NCBI GenBank assembly: GCA_044507735.1
Contig: JBIQJB010000017.1
Span: 1 to 43,730 of the forward strand
Source: Nitrosopumilales archaeon
GTDB lineage: Archaea; Thermoproteota; Nitrososphaeria; Nitrososphaerales; Nitrososphaeraceae
Direction of reading: 5' to 3'
DNA: 43,730 nt
This document shows, piece after piece, positions 18,976 to 28,019 of this stretch; positions within the stretch are counted from its first letter, which is position 1; each line of letters opens with the position of its first letter. A program made the translations under genes and the position numbers. The notes under the pieces were generated by a model. It saw only the letters and a list, made by a program, of their open reading frames with translations, was not told where the DNA came from and did not search any database.

Positions 18976-19059
18976 TAGCAACACTCTTGCTATAGAGATA
19001 GACTTCATAACCGTTATAATTTTCCATAGCGTTTGCTCATTGTGAAAAGGTAGAGAATA

Positions 19060-20175
19060 TTGTCAATGAATTCTCTTGTTATCACGTTTGTGCTGTTGCT
19101 GGCAATTGGCATGCCTGCAGCCGGGCTAACCAGCGTACAGACCAACAACAGCACTATTGTGGGTAACGATCTGACAGATTCTCTATTGACCAATAACTTG
19201 ACAGATTCTCTATTGACCAATAACTTGACAGATTCTCTATTGACCAATAACTTGACAGATTCTCTATTGACCAATACGACGTCGATAATTGATGATGCAA
19301 CCTCAATCATTGATGATGTAAGTGACGATGAAGCATCCGACACGGATTCTCCATTTCTGGATGAAGGTTCTCTGACCAGTGGCATCGTGATAAACGAAGT
19401 CGAGCTTAACCCGCCCGGAGACGATTCGGGCAACGAGTGGATCGAGATCTATAATCTCTCTGATGATGATGCAGACATCAGTGGGTTTCAGATAACGACC
19501 TCTTTCAAGACTGTGACGATACAGCTGCCTCATGACACCGTGGTGGAAGCAAATGGGACCTATGTGATAGAACTTGAGGGACAGGTTCTGTCAAATACTG
19601 CAGAAAGCATCAACCTTGTAGACCCTTCTGGGAAGACTGTGGATAGCACTCCTTATCTCGTTGATCTGAGTGACGACGACTCAACCTGGCAGCGGATTCC
19701 TGATGGCAGCAACAAATGGGAGTTTGCGGCAGCCACACGGGAGAATCTGAATGATCCCGGAGCACAGGCGAGTGGGACGCGCACAGCACGCTCCGGGTCT
19801 GTGTCCTGTGAAGGGATAGCTGGGTGCGCCGAGGGTATTGCAACAAGGATTGTCGACGGCGACACAATCTATGTGAGGATCAACGGCACGTTGTACAAGA
19901 TCGACCTTGCACTTGTTAGTGCGCCCCAAAGAGGCGAAGAAGGCTTTATGGAATCGACGTCATTTACAAGAGACCTCTGCCTTGGAAATACAGTACTGGT
20001 TGATCAGGACGACAAGCTGCTCACTACCAGAACAAGCGTTATAGCAGTGGTGTATTGCGGGTCGACAAACCTCAACAGCGCGCTTTTGGACAGTGGTCAC
20101 GCGACGCTCGACACAGACCAGTGCGAAACAAGCGAATTTGGGGCACAGCGCTGGGCAAGGGATCATGGGTGCTAG
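19060..20175 (+). CDS. Secreted protein with lamin-tail domain and thermonuclease (SNase)-like domain
   Basis: Signal peptide; IVINEVELNP...EWIEIYN (LTD); RIVDGDTI...NLNSALLDSGHA (SNase-like). Confidence 0.88.
   Translation: MSMNSLVITFVLLLAIGMPAAGLTSVQTNNSTIVGNDLTDSLLTNNLTDSLLTNNLTDSLLTNNLTDSLLTNTTSIIDDATSIIDDVSDDEASDTDSPFLDEGSLTSGIVINEVELNPPGDDSGNEWIEIYNLSDDDADISGFQITTSFKTVTIQLPHDTVVEANGTYVIELEGQVLSNTAESINLVDPSGKTVDSTPYLVDLSDDDSTWQRIPDGSNKWEFAAATRENLNDPGAQASGTRTARSGSVSCEGIAGCAEGIATRIVDGDTIYVRINGTLYKIDLALVSAPQRGEEGFMESTSFTRDLCLGNTVLVDQDDKLLTTRTSVIAVVYCGSTNLNSALLDSGHATLDTDQCETSEFGAQRWARDHGC
19171..19275 (+). repeat. 27-bp in-frame tandem repeat, ~3.9 copies
   Basis: Unit TTGACAGATTCTCTATTGACCAATAAC encoding LTDSLLTNN. 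Confidence 0.97.
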
Positions 20176-20543
20176 ATGGCCTGTTGCTCTTGCTGCCTTT
20201 GCCGATCCTCTGCCGCAGAAGCAGCCAAGGTGGTAGCGCTTGATGGGTTGAGCTTGGTGGCGTACTGGCGGCGAGCCTCGATCACGTTTATCTTCTCTTG
20301 AAAAAGCTTTTTCATTCCTGCCATGATGTCTTCTTGTCTGTCAAACGGCTCGTGGCGTGATTCTGCCATTATGTCGTTAAAGTTTGTCACAATCATGCTT
20401 GCCAGCCTGGCGAGGCGTCCGTCGTCGTTCCTTGGCACGTTCTGAAACGTGGAGAGGAATCTTGCCTCCTCTGCCTTCTTTAATTCGTCGGCCTGCGCTT
20501 CTTTTGCCCTGAGCTCGTCTTCCTGTGTTGGATAAGACATCAC
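20172..20543 (-). CDS. Hypothetical protein
   Basis: 123-aa helical ORF filling the gap; no motif recognised. Confidence 0.7.
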   Translation of the reverse strand: MMSYPTQEDELRAKEAQADELKKAEEARFLSTFQNVPRNDDGRLARLASMIVTNFNDIMAESRHEPFDRQEDIMAGMKKLFQEKINVIEARRQYATKLNPSSATTLAASAAEDRQRQQEQQAI

Positions 20544-20588
20544 TTCAGCGTGGAACTATATTGTGTTTAACGATATGCGAACAAAATT

Positions 20589-20903
20589 CTACAGGAACAG
20601 CAGGTCGCCGCCATGCGCCCTCATGTTGGTTGCTGGTGCTATGAGCGACTTTATCTGCGCACAGCAGTGTAGGAACGTGACTCCCTTCTGCGTCGTCCTA
20701 TAGATGAGATTGTCGTCTGAATCCTTGCCAGCGTCAAGCAGGCTATGGTGCAACAGCGTGTTGAAGTAAAAATTCATCTGCTCTGAACTGAGGTTTGCAC
20801 GGGACATGATGTGGGTCTTTTTGACCCCTTCTGTCGCCAGCACAAGAATATCGTATATTATGTCAAGTTTGCTACGGTTCTTGATCTTGACCTCCTGTCT
20901 CAA
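20589..20903 (-). CDS. Winged-helix transcription regulator (archaeal HTH_45/ArnR1-like)
   Basis: RSKLDIIYDIL...KTHIMSRANLS...YRTTQKG. Confidence 0.88.
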   Translation of the reverse strand: MRQEVKIKNRSKLDIIYDILVLATEGVKKTHIMSRANLSSEQMNFYFNTLLHHSLLDAGKDSDDNLIYRTTQKGVTFLHCCAQIKSLIAPATNMRAHGGDLLFL

Positions 20904-21100
20904 TGCAAATCGCTAGAAGTCTTGAAATGTTACTTATAGAGTCTACGGTGCAACTTTCAGTATAATGATTCCATATGATCATACTATGAATTTTGCTGTT
21001 TTTATGATAATTGCACTAAATCTGTTCTTTGTGGTTATATTCAACTGTGGTAGACTTATTATTTGAAAACCTTATATTTCAACTTTCTTTACCACGTGAC

Positions 21101-21448
21101 ATGAAGCGTGTAGAGGCAATCATAGCTGCCGAGAAGGTTAGCGCCGTTAACGAAGCTCTGAAAAAGGCTGGCGTAGGCGGGACGACAATCCTTGATGCGA
21201 AGGGAAGGGGGAAGGGAGAAAAACCGCGCGTCCAGATCGGCAGGGGAACACAGAGGCTCGCCGCTGAATTCTCTGTTAGGGCAAACATTATGACCGTGGT
21301 CGACGACTCTGAGGTAGAGAAAGTGATCAAGGCCATACTCGATACCGCAAGCACCGGTTCCTCTGGCGACGGCAAGATTTTCGTGTCAAACGTTAGTGAA
21401 GCAATAGACATTGGAACGAAAAAACGCGGCCAGGTGGCCGTTGTTTAA
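21101..21448 (+). CDS. glnB: P-II family nitrogen regulatory protein
   Basis: MKRVEAII, GRGK, TGSSGDGKIFVS, IDIGT. ATG at 21101. Confidence 0.93.
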   Translation: MKRVEAIIAAEKVSAVNEALKKAGVGGTTILDAKGRGKGEKPRVQIGRGTQRLAAEFSVRANIMTVVDDSEVEKVIKAILDTASTGSSGDGKIFVSNVSEAIDIGTKKRGQVAVV

Positions 21449-21458
21449 CCTGACCTTA

Positions 21459-22898
21459 TTATTTCTTGAAGAATTTTTTGGTCTCTCCAAGCGTCAGCAC
21501 TTCTGCTGCCGCCACCTTTATCACGACAGGCAGATCACACACCACCTTACCTATTGCCAGACAATGTCGCTGGGGAAGCGTCCTGACTATTGACCGGATG
21601 GTGTCATTATCGGCCAGGGACACCTTGGATATCTTGTCGAGGTCTCCGTCATTCGTGAAGTTAAACAGGAAAATGTTATCCACTTGTCGGTAAATGCCGT
21701 CGCTTATTGCGTCAGGTTGATTCGTGATGAAGGTTGTATAGATGCCAAAGTGCCTCATACGAGTGATGATATCTTCCCAATAGGTGTCACGGATGTAAAG
21801 ATGGGCCTCTTCCGCAAAGAGGAAGATTGGGGGGATCACCTTCCTCTCCAACAGGTCAACTAGCTTGCTCAACACCAACTCAACTACCATCCTGCGCACA
21901 GTTGGCGACACTTCGCCCATGTTGATCACAAGGGCCGCGCCGCTGGCCGTGCTTGCGATTGCGTCCTCGAACCGAAAGCCCGCATCGCCAAACAGCCGCG
22001 ACGACTGGATGACATGAAATCTGGAAACGAGCGCATCGCGGACAAGCTCATTGATGTTCCAGGTGCTGACCGCGTTGCCTATGGCGTCTATCGAAAGTGA
22101 GTTCTTGTTTTCTAGCCAGTCCCAAATCCTGAAAAATTCGCGCAGGGAGGCGGCAGGCATGTCAAGCGCGTTCTTCAACATCCCAGAAACTGCGCCCTTG
22201 CCGCAGTATTCGAGGGAAAACCTTAGTGTTTTGCCCGGCTCGAGTATCTTGACCTGTCTGTGGACGGAAGAAGGAGTTCCATCGCGGTTCCATCCGAGAC
22301 CGCTGTACTCGTTGTTCAAGTCGAATATGATTACGAAGGCGCCGTGCTGCACAAGCGTCTTGACGAGCATTTTGGACAGGTGGGACTTGCCAGATTCTTT
22401 CTTGCCTGTAATCACTGTCAGCTTGCCGTCCAGATCCTCTGCATAGATCTCAAACTCTTCTTCATTGCTTCCACCTGTCCTGCCAATCGGAATAGGAAAT
22501 ACGCCTCGCCTGCCAAGAAAAGAGTCGAGCTCCTTCATTCCCAGCCTTCTTATCTTGGACTCTACCCTTGACGGAAGCCACGTGACGTCACTTGTCAATC
22601 TTCCGTCGCTTACAGAAGCCCTGATCTTGGCTCTAAATATCCTGGCGTCTCTTACCAAGCGCGACAGACTGCCTATGTTCAGCGGGTCGTGCAGATTCTC
22701 GACGCTTGAGGCATTGACTACCTCCTCCCTGACAATGTCTTCTATGAGCGATTGCGACGACAAGTACTCTTCGTCGTAGACCTGCACTACCATGCTCCTG
22801 TTCCTGTCTTCTATTAGCATATAGTCGCCCTTTGCTGCCGAATCTTCTTTCATTGCAAGCAGCAAGAGCTCGTTGCCATTCTTTGACAGGATCTTCAT
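21459..22898 (-). CDS. herA: HerA-family ATPase/helicase
   Basis: GKKESGKS, FDLNNEY, FAEEAH, MRHFG, TNQP. Confidence 0.88.
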   Translation of the reverse strand: MKILSKNGNELLLLAMKEDSAAKGDYMLIEDRNRSMVVQVYDEEYLSSQSLIEDIVREEVVNASSVENLHDPLNIGSLSRLVRDARIFRAKIRASVSDGRLTSDVTWLPSRVESKIRRLGMKELDSFLGRRGVFPIPIGRTGGSNEEEFEIYAEDLDGKLTVITGKKESGKSHLSKMLVKTLVQHGAFVIIFDLNNEYSGLGWNRDGTPSSVHRQVKILEPGKTLRFSLEYCGKGAVSGMLKNALDMPAASLREFFRIWDWLENKNSLSIDAIGNAVSTWNINELVRDALVSRFHVIQSSRLFGDAGFRFEDAIASTASGAALVINMGEVSPTVRRMVVELVLSKLVDLLERKVIPPIFLFAEEAHLYIRDTYWEDIITRMRHFGIYTTFITNQPDAISDGIYRQVDNIFLFNFTNDGDLDKISKVSLADNDTIRSIVRTLPQRHCLAIGKVVCDLPVVIKVAAAEVLTLGETKKFFKK

Positions 22899-23908
22899 AC
22901 AGAAATCGACCCCAGCAGGATGCTGCGAATGTCATCTGCCGCAAGCTCTGTCACGTTGTAGGTGTTCAAGATGTGACTTCTCAGACATGTCATCTCGGTG
23001 CTTGTGAATGTAGAGATATAGTGAACAAGCTTGAGGGTCTCGGGGTAACCGCTTGCAAGCAGATCGTTACCAAGCAACATGCCAAGTGACTGGGCTCTGT
23101 CGCCAACAATATCTGCCCGAAGGACAGGGCTGTTCTTTTCAAGCTTGATCATAGAGCTGTTGCCGACCGTATTCTTGATGAGACTCTTGATTATCATGTC
23201 GACATCGATGTAAGCCGGTCCGGGCACCTTTGCCAGCGGTGCAGCCGCTCTTTCCAACACTTTGAGTCTTGTGCCCTTGCTTATCCCTATCAGCATGTTC
23301 TTGCGAAGCACGCAGCTCTCTGCAATCTTGGCAAGGCTATGCTCTCTGTCCTCAAACACCGACGCCTTGAGCGAGCCATCGACGAGTATAACCGACTTTG
23401 TAAAGTGACTTGCAAGCGCTTTCTGGACCGCCCTTTCTGCTCGCACCCTTATCATCCGTTTTGCATAGTCATCGTCCATTAGCACAAGTCTTGCCAGGCG
23501 ATCATCAAGTTCAGAGTCTCGAATGGTGCTTTCGCTCAGGTAAAACAGAATGGGGCCAATTTTGAAATGCATGAGCGCGTGTCCGGCAGACGCAGTCGCA
23601 ATGCCACACTTTACCGCATAAAGACCCCCATCCTCGGTTTCTGCAATCTTGACACTGCTGGAGTCGATCGCGATTACCAGCGCATTTTCTCTGATCGGCC
23701 TGATGGTTGTGACAGCAGCCGTGGTGTAGGGGTTAGACCTTAATCCCCATCCGTCAACCGGTACCATTTTCTTGTCGTCGGAGCTGAACACAATTCTCTT
23801 GCCCTCAAGCCCGTCAAGCTTGGGCGCCAGGCACCTTCCCATAGATTCTGTTATCCCGAGGTCGTCGAGGCTCAGGCTTTGTAAAGGCGGATTTAATTGA
23901 GTGGCCAT
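22895..23908 (-). CDS. nurA: NurA-family nuclease (start uncertain, 23908 or 23935)
   Basis: IAIDSS, ILVDGSL, IGISK, GYPETLKLVH; ATGA overlap with herA. Confidence 0.85.
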   Translation of the reverse strand: MATQLNPPLQSLSLDDLGITESMGRCLAPKLDGLEGKRIVFSSDDKKMVPVDGWGLRSNPYTTAAVTTIRPIRENALVIAIDSSSVKIAETEDGGLYAVKCGIATASAGHALMHFKIGPILFYLSESTIRDSELDDRLARLVLMDDDYAKRMIRVRAERAVQKALASHFTKSVILVDGSLKASVFEDREHSLAKIAESCVLRKNMLIGISKGTRLKVLERAAAPLAKVPGPAYIDVDMIIKSLIKNTVGNSSMIKLEKNSPVLRADIVGDRAQSLGMLLGNDLLASGYPETLKLVHYISTFTSTEMTCLRSHILNTYNVTELAADDIRSILLGSISV

Positions 23909-24013
23909 GTTGTTCAACAATAACTGCGGGCACAATTATATTAATATTGCGCAACATGAACAATATGGTCAGCAACAGGTTTATCAATAGCATGGGTTGG
24001 GGTATATTTAAGG

Positions 24014-24529
24014 ATGAGCGACCGTCCGGCTGGCGAGGAAGTCAAGATTAAGCTAAAGCACGGGGAATGGGAGGTCGAGATTACCTGTCTTGAAGGCCGG
24101 GTCAAGCAAGTAGTTGAAAATGTGCTCTCAAGCCTTGATGCCACCAAGATAGTTGGACCTGCCGTGCAATCTCAGTTTGAGGAGCTGCGGCGCGAGATTG
24201 CCGCGCTAAAGTCAAGACCCGTGCCTGGCGAATTCAGAAGTGACGAACAAAAACCCTCCGCAAAGGGCGGTATGACCTGCAGAGGTCTGCTTGAGAGCCT
24301 CTGGTTCGAGGGATTTTTTGGATCGGAGAGGTCGCTTGGGGAAGTGCACGAGGAACTATCGAGAAGGGGATACAATTACGATAGGACAGCAGTGTCCCAT
24401 TCACTCACAGACATGGTTCGTGAAAACATTTTGACGAGGATCGGCACGATGCGAAATTATAGATATATTCAAAAGAGGCCGCCATCGGACGCTCCTCCCA
24501 CGACAACCACTGGCACTACTGCTGTTTAA
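24014..24529 (+). CDS. Hypothetical protein with C-terminal winged helix
   Basis: EGFF...RSLGEVHEEL...VSHSLTDMVRENILTR...YRY. Confidence 0.75.
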   Translation: MSDRPAGEEVKIKLKHGEWEVEITCLEGRVKQVVENVLSSLDATKIVGPAVQSQFEELRREIAALKSRPVPGEFRSDEQKPSAKGGMTCRGLLESLWFEGFFGSERSLGEVHEELSRRGYNYDRTAVSHSLTDMVRENILTRIGTMRNYRYIQKRPPSDAPPTTTTGTTAV

Positions 24530-25043
24530 TCTTTTTTGCAATCGCTGAATTGAGCCAGTGAATTCCTGCAGTTGTTATCCTGTATTTGCTGGGCTCATTT
24601 TCGTCCCGGGCGACGTGTCCAGCCTTTACCATTTCTGAAATTCTGGAACTGATGGATTTCGGGTTGAGCGCTGTTGCCGCATGAATTTCTGCAACCTGCA
24701 TCGCATCTTCCTGAAGTTTTCCGATATCCTTTGCTATCCTGGCCGCCACGAGCTGCAGTGCCACCATATCCTTGTCCGATAGCTTCGAATCAGAGTCGGG
24801 AATTACACGCGGTCCTTCTGGAGTTATTTTGATAAGATGCGCATATGTTTCAATGAGCTCCTGCGCTGAATAGTTGAGCGAGATCTTTCTTGCCAAGTCC
24901 ATCGAAGGCACCTGTTTTGACAGAAAGCCCAATACAGATGCCATTACTGAATCTGCGGAGCCGCTGAATTGCACTTTTACATCGCCTACCGTTACTGTGA
25001 CGTTTACATTGCTGCTATCGCCGACGTGTCCAGCCTGGCTCAT
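24516..25043 (-). CDS. Hypothetical protein with C-terminal winged helix
   Basis: NPKSISSRISEMVKAGHV...YRITTAGI. Confidence 0.75.
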   Translation of the reverse strand: MSQAGHVGDSSNVNVTVTVGDVKVQFSGSADSVMASVLGFLSKQVPSMDLARKISLNYSAQELIETYAHLIKITPEGPRVIPDSDSKLSDKDMVALQLVAARIAKDIGKLQEDAMQVAEIHAATALNPKSISSRISEMVKAGHVARDENEPSKYRITTAGIHWLNSAIAKKIKQQ

Positions 25044-25066
25044 TTTTATTTCTAAAAAGTAGCGGC

Positions 25067-25675
25067 CTATATATTGAATTCGTTGGGCTGCTGTTGCCGC
25101 TTTTTGCCCTCCCTCTTTTTGTGGAGCACATAAGTTCCAACAAGCAACGCTGCTGAAAGACCCATCGTGAGCACATTTGTCCCCAAATCAGCATCAACAA
25201 GCGTGCACTCGAATTCACCTGCAGAGCAGCCGGCGGCAAAAAACACTCCGTTCCATGCAGAGTGCGTGACTACTGAAAACCAGCCCTTGCCGCTCACCCA
25301 GGTCCTCAGGCTGAAAAAGAGCGACGGCAGCACAAAGAGCAGGTTGCCAAATGCGAGGCTATTGATTGAAATTGTATCGGTGTTAAACAGGTGTATTGCG
25401 ACCCAGAGTGCGCCCGTAACAAGAACAGAGTAGGCGCTGCCAAACACATAGAAGGGAATTCCAAAGAATACCGTCTCTTCTAACGGGCCAGCCGCCAGAA
25501 CGCCTGACAGCGACCTTGGAATGCTTGGCTCTTCGTGTTCCGGCAGAACCTGATCAATGATGGCAGTGCCGAGAAGCAGCAGGCCGATTCCAATACCATG
25601 GTAGAACAGCAACATCTTTGTGAGGTAGCCGATCGAGGTATGGCGATAACGCGACAACCATGCCCTCGGATGCAT
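25067..25675 (-). CDS. CPBP (Abi/CAAX protease-like) intramembrane glutamic protease
   Basis: GPLEETVF, AIH, HSAWN; multiple TM helices. Start uncertain. Confidence 0.8.
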   Translation of the reverse strand: MHPRAWLSRYRHTSIGYLTKMLLFYHGIGIGLLLLGTAIIDQVLPEHEEPSIPRSLSGVLAAGPLEETVFFGIPFYVFGSAYSVLVTGALWVAIHLFNTDTISINSLAFGNLLFVLPSLFFSLRTWVSGKGWFSVVTHSAWNGVFFAAGCSAGEFECTLVDADLGTNVLTMGLSAALLVGTYVLHKKREGKKRQQQPNEFNI

Positions 25676-25753
25676 GTCCGCCTTTTCATCGGCGAAATTG
25701 CCTGCCAAACGGCATAACAACACAGCCACATCTAAAGAATGTTTCTCGCTATG

Positions 25754-26080
25754 CTATTCCATCCAGTCTTCCCAGGCCGCAGTGTACTGATGCAGGAGAG
25801 ACTGCGTGTCATGCGAAAGGTCCAATGTCCTTTTGGCCTCTGCGATGCAGTCGACAAATAGTCGGAGTGGGCTTGGGACACGCTCCAGCGCCATCATGTC
25901 CTTGTCACATTCCTCGACTATGGCATCAACGTTCTCTTGGTACCTTTTGCCCACAGTTTCCATGATGATCCTGATCTCGCGCTCAGGCACTGCCTTGTCT
26001 TCCAAATGCCTTTTCAGGCTCGTGGAATTGACGGATAGCGACTCCGTGTAAATTTCTCTGGTGGATCGAGGCTTGTACAT
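25754..26080 (-). CDS. Hypothetical protein
   Basis: 108-aa ORF starting 5 bp after gatE on the same strand. Confidence 0.7.
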   Translation of the reverse strand: MYKPRSTREIYTESLSVNSTSLKRHLEDKAVPEREIRIIMETVGKRYQENVDAIVEECDKDMMALERVPSPLRLFVDCIAEAKRTLDLSHDTQSLLHQYTAAWEDWME

Positions 26081-26084
26081 TATC

Positions 26085-27980
26085 TCATTTGACCAGCTTT
26101 TGGAGTTTTTCTTTCAGCATTGAATTTATCTTTGCGCCGTCGGCCTTGCCTCTGTATTCTGCCATCGCTCTGCCCATTAGTGTGCTCAACGCTCCCATGC
26201 CCTTTTCCTTCACTACTGCCATGTTGGCATTGACTATTTTGTCGAGACCCGCGCTCAGCTCGTCATCGCCTATCGAGGAGACTCCTGCGGCCTTGATCGC
26301 TTGGTCTACTGTCTTGGCCTCGCCTTTCATTAGCTTCTCAAAAATAACAATTACTGATTCCTTGGCTATCGTTCCAGCATCAAGCCTGAAAAATACGTCC
26401 TTGATGGTTTCTTCTGTCAGGACTGAAGGATCGAGCCCTTGTCTCTGTAGGCTCGTAAGGTCTTCTGTCAGCTTTGACGCAACAAATGTTGGTTGGACCT
26501 TTGTAGCGCCTGCAATTTCTTCAAAGACAGCAAGGTAGTCAGAGTCGAAGATCTGGCTGGCCAGCTTTTTGTTGAGATTGTACTTCTTGGAGAGCGAATC
26601 CACTATTTCGTCCCAGGGCCGGGGCACCTTGTCTTCAAGCGCCTTTAGCATATCGTCAGTCACTGGGATTGTGTGAATGTCTGTCTCAGGATACATTCTG
26701 GCTGCGCCCGGCCTTGGCCTCAAGAACACTGTCTTGCCGTCTGGAGTCGCAGCCCTAGTTTCTGCCGGGACCCCTTTGATCGCTGCCTGCAATCTCCTGA
26801 TTATTGCGTCGGATGCAAAATCTACCTTGTCCTTTGGGCCGCCCACGATTACAAACGCGTCGTCGTCGCCTGCCTGCAATCTTGATCTTGTTGCAGCAAC
26901 TTCTTGCTCTGTTATGCCATAGTTTGGAAGCTCGTCAGAATGAAAAACACCGTCAAGATCGTAGAACCTGACAAGCTTGCCAAGCTCCTTTCCAATCCTG
27001 ATTTCCGGGTACGGCTCGTAGCCTATCATGCCTGCAAAACCTGGCACTCTTATGGCCTTGAACAGTCCGCCTCCGTCCAGAATCTTTTTCACTATCTTGG
27101 ACTGTGACTTTGCTAGAACCTCGGTGACATCCTCGATTCTGTCACCGACCCGGCCAGCGTCGACCTTGCGCTCATTTAGCTTGTTTGCAATCAGTATCAA
27201 GCCATGTTGCCTCTGCATTTCGTGTTCTATGACTTTAACCAGCTGATCAAGCTGCTGAACGCCCTTGATCTCGACCACCGCGCCATTCTGCACGGAGACA
27301 TTTACATCCTGCCTGATGCTGCCCAAGCCGCGGGCAACTCTCTTGCTTGCTCGAAGCAGCCTGCCAAGAGTCAATGCAATCTGCATCATCTCTTCCGGCT
27401 TGCCAGTCACCGGCTCAAGAGCTATTTCAACAAGCGGCACGCCCAGCCTGTCCAGGCCGTACTTCCGGACGCCCTTCTCGTCCCCCAGTAGCTTGGCCGC
27501 ATCCTCTTCGAGGCAAATGCTTTGTACACCTACTTTTTTGCCCGCGACTTCCAGGTAGCCACCAGATGCTACAAGCATTGTGCGCTGAAATCCCGTTGTA
27601 TTTGAGCCATCGATCACGAGCTTGCGCATAACATGGATCTCGTCCATGACCTTTGAGTGGAGCGCAAGCGAAAATATCAGCGCAGTTTCCAGAGCTTCCT
27701 TGTTGACATCATGAGGAGGCTCCTCGTCTGCCTCAACAAGACAACTAGAACCAAACGCGGTGCTGTATTCTACCGTTCGCATCTTGGAGAATTCAAACAT
27801 TGCAGCAGGATCGTACGCACCAAGCTCGCTCTGGGTGGGACGCAATTTCCGCATAAATGAGCGGTCGTATTTCTGCGCCTCTTCGCAACTGCAGCCGCAA
27901 AAGAGCTTATTCTTTGTCCGCAGCTGCTGGTGGATTTCAAATCCTACCTTCAGGTCAATGGATGCAGGATCGATTGCCAA
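26085..27980 (-). CDS. gatE: Glu-tRNA(Gln) amidotransferase subunit E
   Basis: GFEIHQQL, DGSNTTGFQRT, CLEED, RQDVNVS, HSDELP, RMYPETD. Confidence 0.98.
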   Translation of the reverse strand: MAIDPASIDLKVGFEIHQQLRTKNKLFCGCSCEEAQKYDRSFMRKLRPTQSELGAYDPAAMFEFSKMRTVEYSTAFGSSCLVEADEEPPHDVNKEALETALIFSLALHSKVMDEIHVMRKLVIDGSNTTGFQRTMLVASGGYLEVAGKKVGVQSICLEEDAAKLLGDEKGVRKYGLDRLGVPLVEIALEPVTGKPEEMMQIALTLGRLLRASKRVARGLGSIRQDVNVSVQNGAVVEIKGVQQLDQLVKVIEHEMQRQHGLILIANKLNERKVDAGRVGDRIEDVTEVLAKSQSKIVKKILDGGGLFKAIRVPGFAGMIGYEPYPEIRIGKELGKLVRFYDLDGVFHSDELPNYGITEQEVAATRSRLQAGDDDAFVIVGGPKDKVDFASDAIIRRLQAAIKGVPAETRAATPDGKTVFLRPRPGAARMYPETDIHTIPVTDDMLKALEDKVPRPWDEIVDSLSKKYNLNKKLASQIFDSDYLAVFEEIAGATKVQPTFVASKLTEDLTSLQRQGLDPSVLTEETIKDVFFRLDAGTIAKESVIVIFEKLMKGEAKTVDQAIKAAGVSSIGDDELSAGLDKIVNANMAVVKEKGMGALSTLMGRAMAEYRGKADGAKINSMLKEKLQKLVK

Positions 27981-28019
27981 TGGGATAGGAAATTCGCTGC
28001 CACATGTATTAAGCCTTGC

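Noticed and set aside
19171-19275. 27-bp repeats as a CRISPR array
   Set aside because: Head-to-tail with no spacers, in frame within a CDS, and no cas genes in the window.
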